A DNA stretch of 64,000 nucleotides. It comes from an uncultured delta proteobacterium (GTDB lineage: Bacteria > Desulfobacterota > WTBG01 > CAIYCZ01). Where the stretch lies: assembly GCA_963803975.1 (NCBI GenBank), contig CAWDOY010000005.1:42500-106499 (forward strand), given 5' to 3'. The notes beneath the pieces were generated by a model. The model made no database searches and had not been told where the DNA came from. It saw only the letters and a program-made list of their open reading frames with translations. Of this stretch, positions 1 to 11,077 are shown one piece after another (the first letter of the stretch is position 1; each line of letters opens with the position of its first letter). The translations under genes and the position numbers were made by a program.

Positions 1-169
1 TGTCCTTATTCATACCCGGTTACTCTTCAGTGTAAATGCTGGTAGATGCTCTGTTGAAGAGTGCTATACGAGAAGGGAACTATAGTGCGGGCAACAAACG
101 GAGAATACGTCCTTCTGCAAGTAAAAACAGCTATGGCAGCGCCATGCAGAGATTGATCAGAAAAATAAT

Positions 170-218
170 AAAAAAGCCCTCTGCTGTGTTACCTGAAGCT
201 ATTACACAGCGGAGGGCT
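170..218 (-). terminator. Intrinsic terminator downstream of pilY1
   Basis: Stem AGCCCTCTGCTGTGT (175-189) / ACACAGCGGAGGGCT (204-218), followed on the minus strand by a T-run (plus-strand A-run 170-175); about 50 nt after the pilY1 stop. Confidence 0.7.
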
Positions 219-270
219 ATAGAATAAAGACCTGATGATTGGTTGTCAGGTATGCGGGCACATCGATCCG

Positions 271-3200
271 TTACTTACGATCCCACCCCTCTCTCCAGTA
301 CACCGTACCGCTCTTTACATTGACTGCCGGGATAACCGGAACTTCAACAATCACTCCGGTGCTCTGCTGGCCGTACAGGGTTCCTCCCGGTTGCTTGCCG
401 GTGAGGATTCCAAGGGAAGAAGAAACCCCTGCACCCAGTTCCATTTTGTCAGCTATGTAGGTTTCCTGATTAAGCGCCGGGTTGACCAGTACGGATTTTT
501 TATACGCAGTACCCGTTTCAAAATAGAGTGCATAGAGCGTACTGCTTCCGATCGAAACGCATACCTCAGTATCCGGGGTAAACGCAGGGAAAAGTGCTAT
601 ACCGCCAAACACTGCGGGTTTATTGATCATGCGCTCTGACAGAGCACCTGGCGAAAGCAGTCTATACCAGCCGTCTTTTGCCTGTGCTTTTTCTATCAGC
701 TCATCAAATGATATCTCTCCACCCCCTGGTAATTCAACCTTCCCATTTGCCTTGACTTTATAGTCGTCAGCAGGCAGGAGATTGTCCATGGTGAGCTTAC
801 ACGGCGCATTGTCGCCGTATTTATGGTAGCATTTTTTAACTTCACTTTTTTCATCATAGGTACTGTTGTAAAAGGGATCCTTAATGCCAAAAAGATAATT
901 CTGCTGCTTGGCACTATCACTTTTAGGGTCCTTATCACCCGGAAATAAAAACTGACCGGTGCCTGCATAGACCCAGACATTATCCCTGGCATCAATGCTC
1001 AGCGCAAACGGCGCAGAGAACGGGGCCGGAGAATCAAACAGCGCTGTCCATGTCCAGGTGGCTGGATCAAGGCTATATGAGGCCTTGAGCCCTTCCGTAT
1101 AGGTCGTGTTTTCTATTTTTACACCGATTTTATAAATTTTCCCCTTTCTGCTGCCGTCACTGTCAAGATACGATGCGCCCGACATACACAGCATCGACGC
1201 TATAGTTAAGGGATTTGTCCAGGGATACCGGTGAATTCATGAAGGCATTATTTTCAACGGTCTCAAACCATCCGGGAAACTTTGCCGGGGTATATAATTC
1301 GCCGGATAATAAATCGACAATATACACACGCCCCGGTTGAAAGCTTGCGCCGGCATAATCGGTTGGCCCGGAACCAATAACGCAAAGCCATTTTTCATCT
1401 GCTGTTTTTCCCTCCGCTGTTTTCTTTGCCACCTTTATCACACCCGGGGTTGAGGTGGTAAACCCCAGCCCCGGAAAGCTCTTCTCCCACAACAATTTCG
1501 GACGTGTCGGGTCAGTTACATCAAGGGCAAAATAGCTTGAGCTGAAGGTCCTGGTCTCTGTAGCTGTGCCGTTAAAGGCATTGGTTACCGCTATAGGGTA
1601 CCCTCCCATATTCATGCCGCCGATGATAATAGTGCCCCAGCCGTTGATATGCGTTGCATCAGGAGTAAAAATTTTCGCATCAGCTGCTTTCGGCTTTAAA
1701 TCAACATAGCTCAGGTGACTATAGTTGGGTAACGCGAGCCACTTCAGATGCGGCAGCAGGTTCCTGGGAATATATGCCCAGAGCTCCTCACCAATTCCAG
1801 CCGTGGCTCCCGGTGTAAATTTTTTCTCAGCAGAGTTATACTTCCCTGCGGCAAACGCGTGGAGCATTCCGTCATTGGCCCCCACATACACCACGGTTTC
1901 TCGAGGATTCGTAACCGTATAAAAATTGTAAAACTCCCGGTATGATTCATCATCATAGAGGAGGCCATACTGTTCCACTGGCTTGGATATGGTGACCGGC
2001 GTAGAGTACACGATATCACCCAGTTTCCACGGATGCGTCTCAGCACCGAGAGTAAAATCTTTTTTGCGCAGGGTCGGATTCCCGGTATAAGCGGGAGATT
2101 CATCATTCACCCCGCGAATAAAGTTTATGATATTAGACACACGGTCCGCCTGAGCAGCCCCGAGGCTTTTGTAGGCACTGTCATCTGTAACATCCAGATA
2201 GGGCCGTAACGTTTCTGCTTTGTCAGTGGTGAAGGGGGTGAATTCCGTGCCGGTATCTGTATAGGTGAAAATCACCCGCTCCGAAGGGGAGCGTTTCCAG
2301 AGCTTGTTCCCGGCCTCCCAGATGGGCAGTATCTGTTCCAAGGGCAGGTACTCAGGGTCGCCCTTTTTCTGGTACGGGTTATTGTCGTCAATAGGGTAAC
2401 GCTTTACTTTCGTATCCCCGGTTTTTGTATCATAAAAATATTCAATAATTCTATCCTCGGTAATACCCAGTGCCTTGTCCTGATTGGTATCCTCACGGAT
2501 ATTACCATAGGAGTCTACCCACAGACACTGCAGGTATCCGGCCCAGGTGATATCATGCTCACCCTTCTCGTCAGTGACCCGCGGTTTAAAATAGGCCTGC
2601 ACCACGGTTCCCTCTCCTTCACCCTTGGCGGCAAACACCGACACCGCAGAACCCGAGGCTGATTTTCCGATCATAGCAGCAAAAGACTTGTTAAGCTGCT
2701 CGTCGAGTTTAAGCGGGTTGACTACATAAAAGTAATTGTCAGGCACCCCGTCACTATCCGCGTCCCATTCACGGGGATCATCGGGGATGTTGTTGTTATT
2801 AATATCGTCAAATCCGCCCCACTTTGCTGCATACCAGAGCGGGGGCTGCAGGATGTTTGCCCCGGAATTTGTCCCCGGAGTAAAGGTCTTGGTGTAAATA
2901 AGCGGCAGCGCACTGTCCGGATGCTGCGGGGTATCAAGATAGTAATTCACATCCGATCCCGCATCAGTATCCACATCCCGCACTACCAGGTAGGTGCCGT
3001 CTTCAGTAGTACCTGATAGTATGAATCCCATGTGCTGGATGATGCAGCTTGACGCAAATTCAGAGGAATCAACAGTAATGATTACGGTATTGCCGGTCAC
3101 CTGGTACGTATAAGAGGCAATGGCATCCATGTCATAGTCTGCGCCCTGTTCCTGGTCTTCAAAATTAATGCGAAAACGGCCATAATCAGACGCAAGGGAT

Positions 3201-5470
3201 TCAACATATAAATGTACGATCTGATTCGTGGGCTGAAAAGCTCCCGGTGCGCCATTAATTCCCCGACAGCCGCCAACTGACTTGGCAAATGGAACCAGGG
3301 TTATGGTTTTGCCGCCGACCGGGATTTCAATTCTCGGAAGAGGAGAAGACAGGCCAACTACATATGCTGTTACCTTCTGCTCTTTATCCGCCGGGTTCAG
3401 GTCAGTTGTGTGTCCGTAATATGCCGCAGCAGCAGAATAAAACCCGCCCTGTTTGGTCGGCTCTTCAGGACAGAGCCCCCGGACATCTCCAAAGCTGCTT
3501 ACATTTTTGGGGGTGCACGCCCCATTGTTGGATGAGCCTGCCTGCCCGATAAAATAAGAGCCGGCGATGCCTTCCGCGATGCTGATTTTGCTGGCAACTT
3601 CCTGCGCGCTGAAACCGCTTAAATCACCGGTAAAGGAATTGAAAGCACTTCCCGGTACCTGATCGGTATCGTAATTCGGCGCTATATCACTCAGGACCAG
3701 CATGAACGGCTTGGCGCAATAACCGAATCCATTCACCGTGTCATACGGGTCATTCCATGCGGGCTGTGCAAGCCCCAGGGTGCTGTCATCAGTTGTCCCT
3801 GAATAATCAAAAGCAGGGGTAGGCGCTTTTTTGCCGGAAAAATACCGCAGCGCTTCATACATCATCTCACCGATGGGGTTTCCCCACATGCGGCACTCGC
3901 CTTCCTGCAAGGGTCGGCTGGATATCCATCCGCAGTTTTGATTATAGGAGTTATCCGTGTAGCTATAACCAAAGATCCGCATTTTATTGATCGTCTGAAT
4001 AATACCATTTACCGTTGTCAACTGGCCGGACCTGGGATCAATTTCATCTTTAATTGACCCTATGTTTTTTCGCAACACCCCTCCTGATAAATTTTTCGCA
4101 TCGGTGCCGGTTGTGAGGCCGAAATACATCCGGTCAGACTCGCCGTACCGATGCAGAAGCCCGGTTGGTTTATATGCTCCGGAGGGGTATTTCTTACAGT
4201 TGGGCTCAGGCATCGAAGCTACACCCACCTGCACCCTTACTGCGTAATCTGTCATTGTCGAGGCGGGCACCGTTTTCTCCCAATAGAGAAAATAGCTGCT
4301 TGATCCGGTTTGCTGCTGCTGGCGAAAGATAATAGTGTGCGTGCCGGCGGTAAGAGCAATGCTGCCGATATGGGTCTTACACGAGCAGCTGGTGTGTGTT
4401 TCGTACCAGCCGGTGACCACTGTTCCGTCAATAATAAGTTCAACCGCGTCGTCCCCATCCACCGCAAAAGTCCAGGTGCCGTTTGAGGGGATTACAATCT
4501 GCCCCTCAAAAACAGTCAAATAATAATTCTGCTGGGCACTGAACGGATTGCCGTTGCCGTTTATGTCTGCAGCAGGGGCAGAACCGATCCGTTGCGCCGC
4601 TGTTGCATAGGTGGCGGCCAGTGTCTCATAAGCCCCATGATTTGCCGGGGAGGTGGTATAGCCGGCAGTATCATAAATAGTTTGCGTCAAATTTTGAAAA
4701 GCGCTTTGCGGAACAATCTCCCATAGGGGGCCCGCAGCATGAGCGCAGTTCGGGCCGCTTACCCCATTACGGCATTTCGTCCCCCCGTTTATCTTCTCAA
4801 TGGAAACCCATTCCCATATCCGGTAGCTGCTGTTATCAAGCACGCGCAAAAGCGGGGTCCCGTTATCGCTCAGGGTGGTGTTTGCAAAAAGGTGCCGGGT
4901 GCCCTGCACCGGGAGGTCGAGCGGCGTATACTGCCGGATGTCGTAGCCATCATGTTCTATGCTTGCATATTCTTTTCCCCAGGTATGCGCATCTTGGGGA
5001 ATATAGGCCCGCTGTAATACTGTTGCAGAAGTTGTATCAGTAGCCCGATACCCGCCATATAAAACTTTTCGCAGGCAATCCATGCGCGACATGGTCAGGT
5101 AATTGAGAAAATCGCCGCTCCAGTGTCCTGAGCATTTTTTATTGCTGGTCGCGGCTATTGGCTCGAAACGGCTGTTAGCGCTGCTGTAGTCATAGCACTT
5201 ATAACTATCAAAATAGCCGTAGTAGTCAATGGCGGGGTTATACCCGACATCCAGAACGCCGTCGCCGTTAAGATCAGAGGCATCATTGTATGCTTCATAA
5301 TAGAGCTTGTGATCCCGCTCCATGACCAGCATCACCAGCGGCGGCACATCCCCGCTTAAGAAAATCGGGGATGGTTGACTGGGAGGAGTAGTAGCACCAA
5401 TACCCTCCGAGCATACACAGACGATAGTGAAGCCAACCCACAGTAGATACGCCAACAGGTGTTTTGTCAT
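271..5470 (-). CDS. pilY1: PilY1/PilC-type pilus tip adhesin with an inserted PA14 domain; split by one frameshift near 1180
   Basis: ORFs 1163..5593 and 271..1194 join as ...VDAVYVG|ASYLDSDG if one extra G is removed; signal-peptide-like start MTKHLLAYLLW at 5470; PilY1 propeller motifs LGDIVYSTP, VYVGANDGMLHAF, ELWAYIP; Ca-loop-like DLNGDGVLD; last gene after pilX. Confidence 0.9.
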
Positions 5471-5522
5471 GGTAGCCCGTGCTCCTTGGTGCAGGTATTT
5501 ACCGTCATGCAGGTATGGTGCA

Positions 5523-6224
5523 TCAGCGCGGTATAAACCCGTAGCCGACAATAACTTCTGAAAATGGGGTCGCGGGGTCTGTTCCCCCTCCATCCAGGCG
5601 AAGCTTTCTCGAAAATGTATTTTGTTTAGCGTCCCATGCTGGCAGGGTTCCGAGGCAATCCATATTATAAATAATTTTATGCATGCTCACTCCCATGCCC
5701 TCACTTCCCGAGGCAAACTCCACGCCGCCTCCGGCAATATATTTTACATCTATTTTATCCACATCCACATCAATGTTGAACCGGTCTTTGACTCGAATTT
5801 CTATGTCAGCTGCCTTCTCAACGCTGTCACGCTGTTTATTCTTATTCCAGACGCCGGACCCGGCAGGATAATCCTCTCTTCCTTCTAACAGCACGTTACC
5901 ATCTTTAATAGTTATGGTTTCGTTTTCGCCCAGGCTTGCCATAATCTCATTGTCTTCCCAAATGCCATATCCCTCTTTATTCCGTATAGCCTCGGCACCA
6001 AACACATAGCCCGCCTCTGCCTGGTAAACGGTCTGCTTGTGGGCCCGTTCGTTGCCTGCAATATCAACCTCCGTGGTACTGGTCAGCATCGCGGCAACAC
6101 CGATTATGCTGCATATGGACAGCATAAACATGGTAAGCACCAGTATAAAGCCTTGTTCACCGTACAGCAGAGCATGGTTATGCTTCATGGATGCGGTCCT
6201 CTTACTACATTGTTTTTTATTCAT
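5523..6224 (-). CDS. pilX: PilX-like minor pilin
   Basis: Prepilin G/FILVLTM without Glu5, and the PilX N-terminal motif YQAEAG; lies between pilV and pilY1. Confidence 0.85.
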   Translation of the reverse strand: MNKKQCSKRTASMKHNHALLYGEQGFILVLTMFMLSICSIIGVAAMLTSTTEVDIAGNERAHKQTVYQAEAGYVFGAEAIRNKEGYGIWEDNEIMASLGENETITIKDGNVLLEGREDYPAGSGVWNKNKQRDSVEKAADIEIRVKDRFNIDVDVDKIDVKYIAGGGVEFASGSEGMGVSMHKIIYNMDCLGTLPAWDAKQNTFSRKLRLDGGGTDPATPFSEVIVGYGFIPR

Positions 6225-6226
6225 AG

Positions 6227-6751
6227 TTACATGGCGGGGGAAACCAGAAAAATTAACGAAACCGCGCGTCCGCCTTCCATGGTCTCTACTCTGATGGTGG
6301 TTGTATTCTCCAGTGGGGAATTTGCGTCTATGTACCAGGTCACGCTGTAGCTTTTTCCCGGCAGTTTCGGCAGCTGGGAATCATCAAAACGCTCAGCGTT
6401 AGGCGGCCTAAGTCCCCATGCCTGCAAATCATTCTTTAGTGCTTCCCTATCATTACACACCAGTGTCTTGCGGGTTAAACTTCCAACTGCGGGATTTTTA
6501 TCAAGGGCTGCAAGCCGCTCGTATCCGTTATAGTTATCACCGCCGATTTTATAGTTCTGCCTGCTGAAATTAATAAGCCATTCCATCCACTCTTCTGCCA
6601 CCGAGGTTTTCTCTGTCAACACACCGGCAAAATAATTGCTGTGAATCGCCTTGGTCTGCATTGCCGCAACGCCCAAAAGCCCGATTGCCAGAACTGCAAT
6701 GGAAACGATCACCTCCAGAATGGTAAAGCCTGATTCATTGAACTGTTTCAT
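6227..6751 (-). CDS. pilV: PilV-like minor pilin
   Basis: G/FTILEVIVSIAVLAIGLLGVAAMQ is typical of PilV; likely start MKQFNESG at 6751 (ORF extends to 6775). Confidence 0.85.
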   Translation of the reverse strand: MKQFNESGFTILEVIVSIAVLAIGLLGVAAMQTKAIHSNYFAGVLTEKTSVAEEWMEWLINFSRQNYKIGGDNYNGYERLAALDKNPAVGSLTRKTLVCNDREALKNDLQAWGLRPPNAERFDDSQLPKLPGKSYSVTWYIDANSPLENTTTIRVETMEGGRAVSLIFLVSPAM

Positions 6752-6800
6752 GGCAGTACTCCTGCATGTAACCATGGGTTTTCCGCATATGGCGCTGTCA

Positions 6801-7517
6801 TCATTTCAAGCCCAGATTTCTGCATCGAATGTTAGTGATCAGCAGCTTGCGCCGGAATCCGTCATTAAACGGGCCCCACACCGTATTTTCTTTACCGGTT
6901 TCATCTTTCGAGTATGAGGCAGGGAGATACCGGATCGTATCAGTATGCCCTTTTATCGGGTATTGCGTGCGCACCAGCAGCGATACATCAACTGATCGAA
7001 CATCTGCGGGATTTGCAGGGTCCGTTGCAGTGGTACCATCCGCAAGATGGTAAAAAAACTCCAGCGCTTCAACATTTTCAGCTAACGGTTGTAAGCCGCC
7101 GGAACCGTCTTCCCGTCCTACATTGCAGGGGAACGTGTCTGCACGGCCATCCTTATTTGCATCCTTTGATAAAGCATAGCGGATTATTTCTTTACTGATA
7201 ATCTTGCCATCTCTATCCTCATCAACTGCAAATTTAAACTCGGCTTTTTTTACTGAGTTTGCTTTATGCGCGGCAGCCCCGGCCTTTTCCGTTGGATCAT
7301 ATCCCGCCATTTTGATGCCGCGGGTTAAAAAATAGATACCTGCCCGCAGGTTCTGCTGCATATCAGCAACCTGTTCCTGAATAAGGTATGAGTCCTGCTG
7401 GTGCTGATACGTTGCGTAGATGGCTGCAGAGGCAATCCCAAAAATAGCTATTGCTATCATTAACTCGAGAAGGGTAAAACCCCTGCTGCATGAATGTGAG
7501 GGAAGCAGCTTGCTCAT
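6801..7517 (-). CDS. pilW: PilW-like minor pilin
   Basis: G/FTLLELMIAI; QQNLRAG...MAGY motif; C-terminal IRCRN. Confidence 0.85.
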   Translation of the reverse strand: MSKLLPSHSCSRGFTLLELMIAIAIFGIASAAIYATYQHQQDSYLIQEQVADMQQNLRAGIYFLTRGIKMAGYDPTEKAGAAAHKANSVKKAEFKFAVDEDRDGKIISKEIIRYALSKDANKDGRADTFPCNVGREDGSGGLQPLAENVEALEFFYHLADGTTATDPANPADVRSVDVSLLVRTQYPIKGHTDTIRYLPASYSKDETGKENTVWGPFNDGFRRKLLITNIRCRNLGLK

Positions 7518-7587
7518 GTTGCTTTAGTCTGTCTTTTTAATATAAAATAGTCGGGTGCTGACACATGCTACTGTGTATGGGCCTATT

Positions 7588-8082
7588 TCATTTCCAGTCA
7601 TTGCCTGCCCATTGACTCATCATTATACTGCCGGAAGTTGTTGCCCTAATAGCATATGCCTGCCCTTTTGCATTCTGCAGGTAAACATAGCCACTACCAC
7701 CGCTAAAACCCTGGGTAGTAAAAGTCACTTTATCATCAACAAATGATATACCGTCAGATGGTAAAGATGCTGCACTTCCCGCCGGCTTCGTTGCATTTCC
7801 ATGTCCAAAAGAGATACCGTCAGGCAACTCCGCAGGGGTGCCGCCATCTATAGAGTAGGTTTTAGTAGCAGCATTGAATTCTATACTCACGCTGCGGTTC
7901 TGTTTGACGGCAAGGGAGCGGGCTTTGCGCATATTGGAGCATAAATCTTTGGCACTACTCTTAAGCCGGTAACCGGGGAGCGCGGTTACAAGGGTTGGCA
8001 CTGCAATCATTCCCATGATACCTATAACAGCAACCACCACCATCAATTCTGTGAGACTAAAACCACGTTGATTTTTAATCAT
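7588..8082 (-). CDS. fimT: FimT/FimU (GspH-family) minor pilin
   Basis: G/FSLTELMVVV; ARSLAVKQN motif; first gene of the cluster. Confidence 0.8.
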   Translation of the reverse strand: MIKNQRGFSLTELMVVVAVIGIMGMIAVPTLVTALPGYRLKSSAKDLCSNMRKARSLAVKQNRSVSIEFNAATKTYSIDGGTPAELPDGISFGHGNATKPAGSAASLPSDGISFVDDKVTFTTQGFSGGSGYVYLQNAKGQAYAIRATTSGSIMMSQWAGNDWK

Positions 8083-8578
8083 TTATTATAATCCCTTCTA
8101 TGTTAATTATAGGTAATATTTAAAGGCACAAAACATTCCTTTAGTTAAAAAACTATTACTAAATAATTTTATTATTTCAATGTCTCGATTTAACTTTTAT
8201 TATTATATTCAGGAGAAATAATTATAAACACTGTCTGTTATAAGGTTAACCAGGATTATATAAAAACAATTAATAAAATTCTATAGTTATTTTAGGATTT
8301 TGCTTGGCATCGTCTCAATACCCATTAATAAAGCAATGAGCACTACGTAATTTATTATAATTTCTTGACACTGGAAATGAGCTATGTTAATTTTTTTTCA
8401 CGACCTTGGTCATATAAAAATATCTTCATCCTGCCCCCCTAAACAGTAACCACAAAATCATTTTGGTACCTTAGTGCCCATACTATATCCTGTCAGGTGT
8501 CAGGAAATAAATCTAAACATATTTCCCTGGACAGGATTTAGAGTCACAGAAATTGATTGATTTGCTAATGAGGCTGCC

Positions 8579-9754
8579 ATGAGAGATATTGTTATTGTTA
8601 GTGCTGTACGAACACCGATTGGGAATTTTGACGGTGCCTTAAAAGAACTTTCTGCGTTAGACCTGGGAAGTATTGCAATAAAAGAAGCGGTAAAGCGGGC
8701 CGGTATTGATCCTGCAGACGTTGATGAGGTTATCATGGGCAACGTGCTGCCTTCCGGCTTGGGCCAGAATCCTGCCCGCCAGGCAATGATTCGCGCTTGC
8801 CTGCCCATGACAGCAGGAGCCCTCACGGTCAATAAAGTCTGCGGCTCAGGGCTCAAAGCCGTAATGCTTGCAGCACAGGCTATTGCCTGCGGCGATGCTG
8901 AAGTGGTTGTGGCCGGCGGCATGGAGAGCATGAACAATGCCCCCTATTATCTGGAAAAAGCCCGCTTCGGTTACCGGATGGGAAACAGCCCCCTGATTGA
9001 CGGGATGGTACACGACGGGCTGCTTGATATAGTTAATAATTATCACATGGGTTATACCGCTGAACTGGTGGCCAAAAAATTTGCTGTCAGCCGGGACGAT
9101 ATGGACCGGTTCGCCTTCCTCTCCAACAAGAGAGCCATGGAAAGCATTAATACCGGACTGTTTCAGGAAGAGATTATTCCGCTGACGGTCAAAAAAAAGG
9201 GTGGTGAATCTGTCGTGGATACCGACGAAGGCCCCCGGGCAACAACCATGGAAATTCTGGCAGCCTTAAAACCGGCTTTTAATAAAGACGGTGTAGTGAC
9301 CGCCGGAAATGCTTCTAAGATAAGCGATGGCGCTGCCGCCATGGTGCTCATGGAGCGGGAAAAAGCCCGGTCACTCGGCATCCAGCCCATGGCACGGGTT
9401 GGGGCTCAGGGAGCAGCGGGCGTACCATTGGAAGACGTGCTGGTCGCGCCGATAGCATCAATCCCCAAGGTCTTGAAAAAAGCGCGGCTGACAATCGGCG
9501 ATATTGATCTCCATGAAGTTAATGAGGCCTTTGCTGCCTCAACCATTGCCGTTATGAGGGAACTGGGCATCCCCGAAGAAAAACTGAATGTGCACGGCGG
9601 GGCCATTGCCCTCGGCCATCCCATCGGAGCAAGCGGCGCCCGGGTGCTGGTGACGCTGCTCTACGCCATGAAAAAACGCAATGCCCGGCGCGCAATGGCA
9701 TCGCTCTGCCTGGGTGGCGCCGAAGCAGTGAGCCTTATCGTGGAACAGGAGTAA
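8579..9754 (+). CDS. Acetyl-CoA C-acetyltransferase (thiolase)
   Basis: [30 protein letters not shown] and SLCLGG thiolase motifs; 391 aa. Confidence 0.95.
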   Translation: MRDIVIVSAVRTPIGNFDGALKELSALDLGSIAIKEAVKRAGIDPADVDEVIMGNVLPSGLGQNPARQAMIRACLPMTAGALTVNKVCGSGLKAVMLAAQAIACGDAEVVVAGGMESMNNAPYYLEKARFGYRMGNSPLIDGMVHDGLLDIVNNYHMGYTAELVAKKFAVSRDDMDRFAFLSNKRAMESINTGLFQEEIIPLTVKKKGGESVVDTDEGPRATTMEILAALKPAFNKDGVVTAGNASKISDGAAAMVLMEREKARSLGIQPMARVGAQGAAGVPLEDVLVAPIASIPKVLKKARLTIGDIDLHEVNEAFAASTIAVMRELGIPEEKLNVHGGAIALGHPIGASGARVLVTLLYAMKKRNARRAMASLCLGGAEAVSLIVEQE

Positions 9755-9760
9755 CCGGTA

Positions 9761-10540
9761 ATGCAGTACCATAACTTATTAGTTGAGATTAAAGACACCA
9801 TCGCTATTGTCACCTTTAATCGCCCTGCAGTGCTCAATGCCATGAATACTGAAACGGTCACTGAGCTCGGAGATGCGGTAACGGCATTAGAGGGAAATGC
9901 ACAGGTGCGCGTTATTATCCTTACCGGTACCGGGAAGGCTTTTGTAGCAGGTGCTGACATTGCGGAAATGAGCACCAAGACACCGGCGCAGGCGCGCGCC
10001 TATTCTGAACTCGGACACCGGGTCATGAATACCATCCAGACCCTGAAAAAACCGGTTATTGCCGCGGTCAACGGCTACGCCCTGGGCGGCGGTACTGAAG
10101 TGGTGCTGAGCTGTGATATCTGCATAGCTTCGGAACTGGCTAAATTCGGGCTGCCGGAGACAATCCTTGGGATCATCCCCGGCTGGGGAGCAACACAACG
10201 GGCCGCCCGCCTCATAGGAGCTGCTCATACAAAAGAGCTGATTTTCACCGGTGAGCTTATCGACGCGCGCAAAGCCTGTGAGATCGGTCTCATCAACCGG
10301 GTAGTCCCCCATGAGCAGCTCATGGACGCTGTCATGCTGTTAGCACAAAAACTAGGCGAACAAAGTCCACTGGCATTGTCCATGGCAAAAAAAATCATCC
10401 ATGAAGGCCTGGATCAAAGCCTGTCCGGGGGATGCAGGCTGGAGACAGAAGTTTTCTGCAGCTTGTTTGGCACTGATGATCAGAAGGAAGGGATGAAGGC
10501 GTTTCTGGAAAAACGAAAACCGCAGTTTTCGGGAAGATGA
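9761..10540 (+). CDS. crt: Enoyl-CoA hydratase (crotonase)
   Basis: AFVAGADI, NGYALGGGTE, FGLPE, EGMKAFLEKRKP; 6 nt after the thiolase stop. Confidence 0.9.
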   Translation: MQYHNLLVEIKDTIAIVTFNRPAVLNAMNTETVTELGDAVTALEGNAQVRVIILTGTGKAFVAGADIAEMSTKTPAQARAYSELGHRVMNTIQTLKKPVIAAVNGYALGGGTEVVLSCDICIASELAKFGLPETILGIIPGWGATQRAARLIGAAHTKELIFTGELIDARKACEIGLINRVVPHEQLMDAVMLLAQKLGEQSPLALSMAKKIIHEGLDQSLSGGCRLETEVFCSLFGTDDQKEGMKAFLEKRKPQFSGR

Positions 10541-10561
10541 AAATCATATAAGGAGTACGCT

Positions 10562-11047
10562 ATGCATGCAGATGATGACGAGAGGGAGCGACCGAGCTGG
10601 CGGGACCGTGACCGGAAAAAAGACCGCAGCAGGCATCTGTCCCAGGACCAGCCGGCATACCGGCCAAAGTCAGCAAAAGCAGTGTGGGCGCAGAAACAGT
10701 ATCTCAAGGAAGTAGAAAACCTTTTCAAGGGGAAAAAGGCTTCCAAGGAGCATGCTGTCGCCCATGAAGAAATACACAAGTGTGCGGGAACAAAAAAATT
10801 CAATACTGCGGTTAAAAAATACCTTGCCGAGTATGATCTGCCGGATGACTGGAGCACGCTGTTCATCCTGCTGGACTATAAAGACCTTACGGTTGTCACG
10901 CGGGCTATTGCCGTTCTGAAGGATATGGCTCATGATGAGCCGCTCAATATACAGGAGGGCCTTAAAAGCAAACTGCGGATCATTGCTATGACCACTGCAG
11001 ACAGTGACCTGAGGGAATCTGCCGAAGAGGCGTTACAGGCTTTATGA
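10562..11047 (+). CDS. Hypothetical protein with a charged N-terminus and helical C-terminus
   Basis: 161-aa ORF with RBS AAGGAG, co-oriented with crt; no recognisable motif. Confidence 0.7.
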   Translation: MHADDDERERPSWRDRDRKKDRSRHLSQDQPAYRPKSAKAVWAQKQYLKEVENLFKGKKASKEHAVAHEEIHKCAGTKKFNTAVKKYLAEYDLPDDWSTLFILLDYKDLTVVTRAIAVLKDMAHDEPLNIQEGLKSKLRIIAMTTADSDLRESAEEALQAL

Positions 11048-11077
11048 ACGGCCGGGCAGGACCGCAGTATGCGTGCA

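Noticed and set aside
1163..1194. Programmed frameshift or phase variation in pilY1
   Set aside because: Only a short G-run, no slippery heptamer or long repeat; similar indels occur throughout the window
8083..8578. c-di-GMP riboswitch or ncRNA in the AT-rich divergent region
   Set aside because: No recognisable GEMM motifs or stable structure; looks like ordinary promoter DNA
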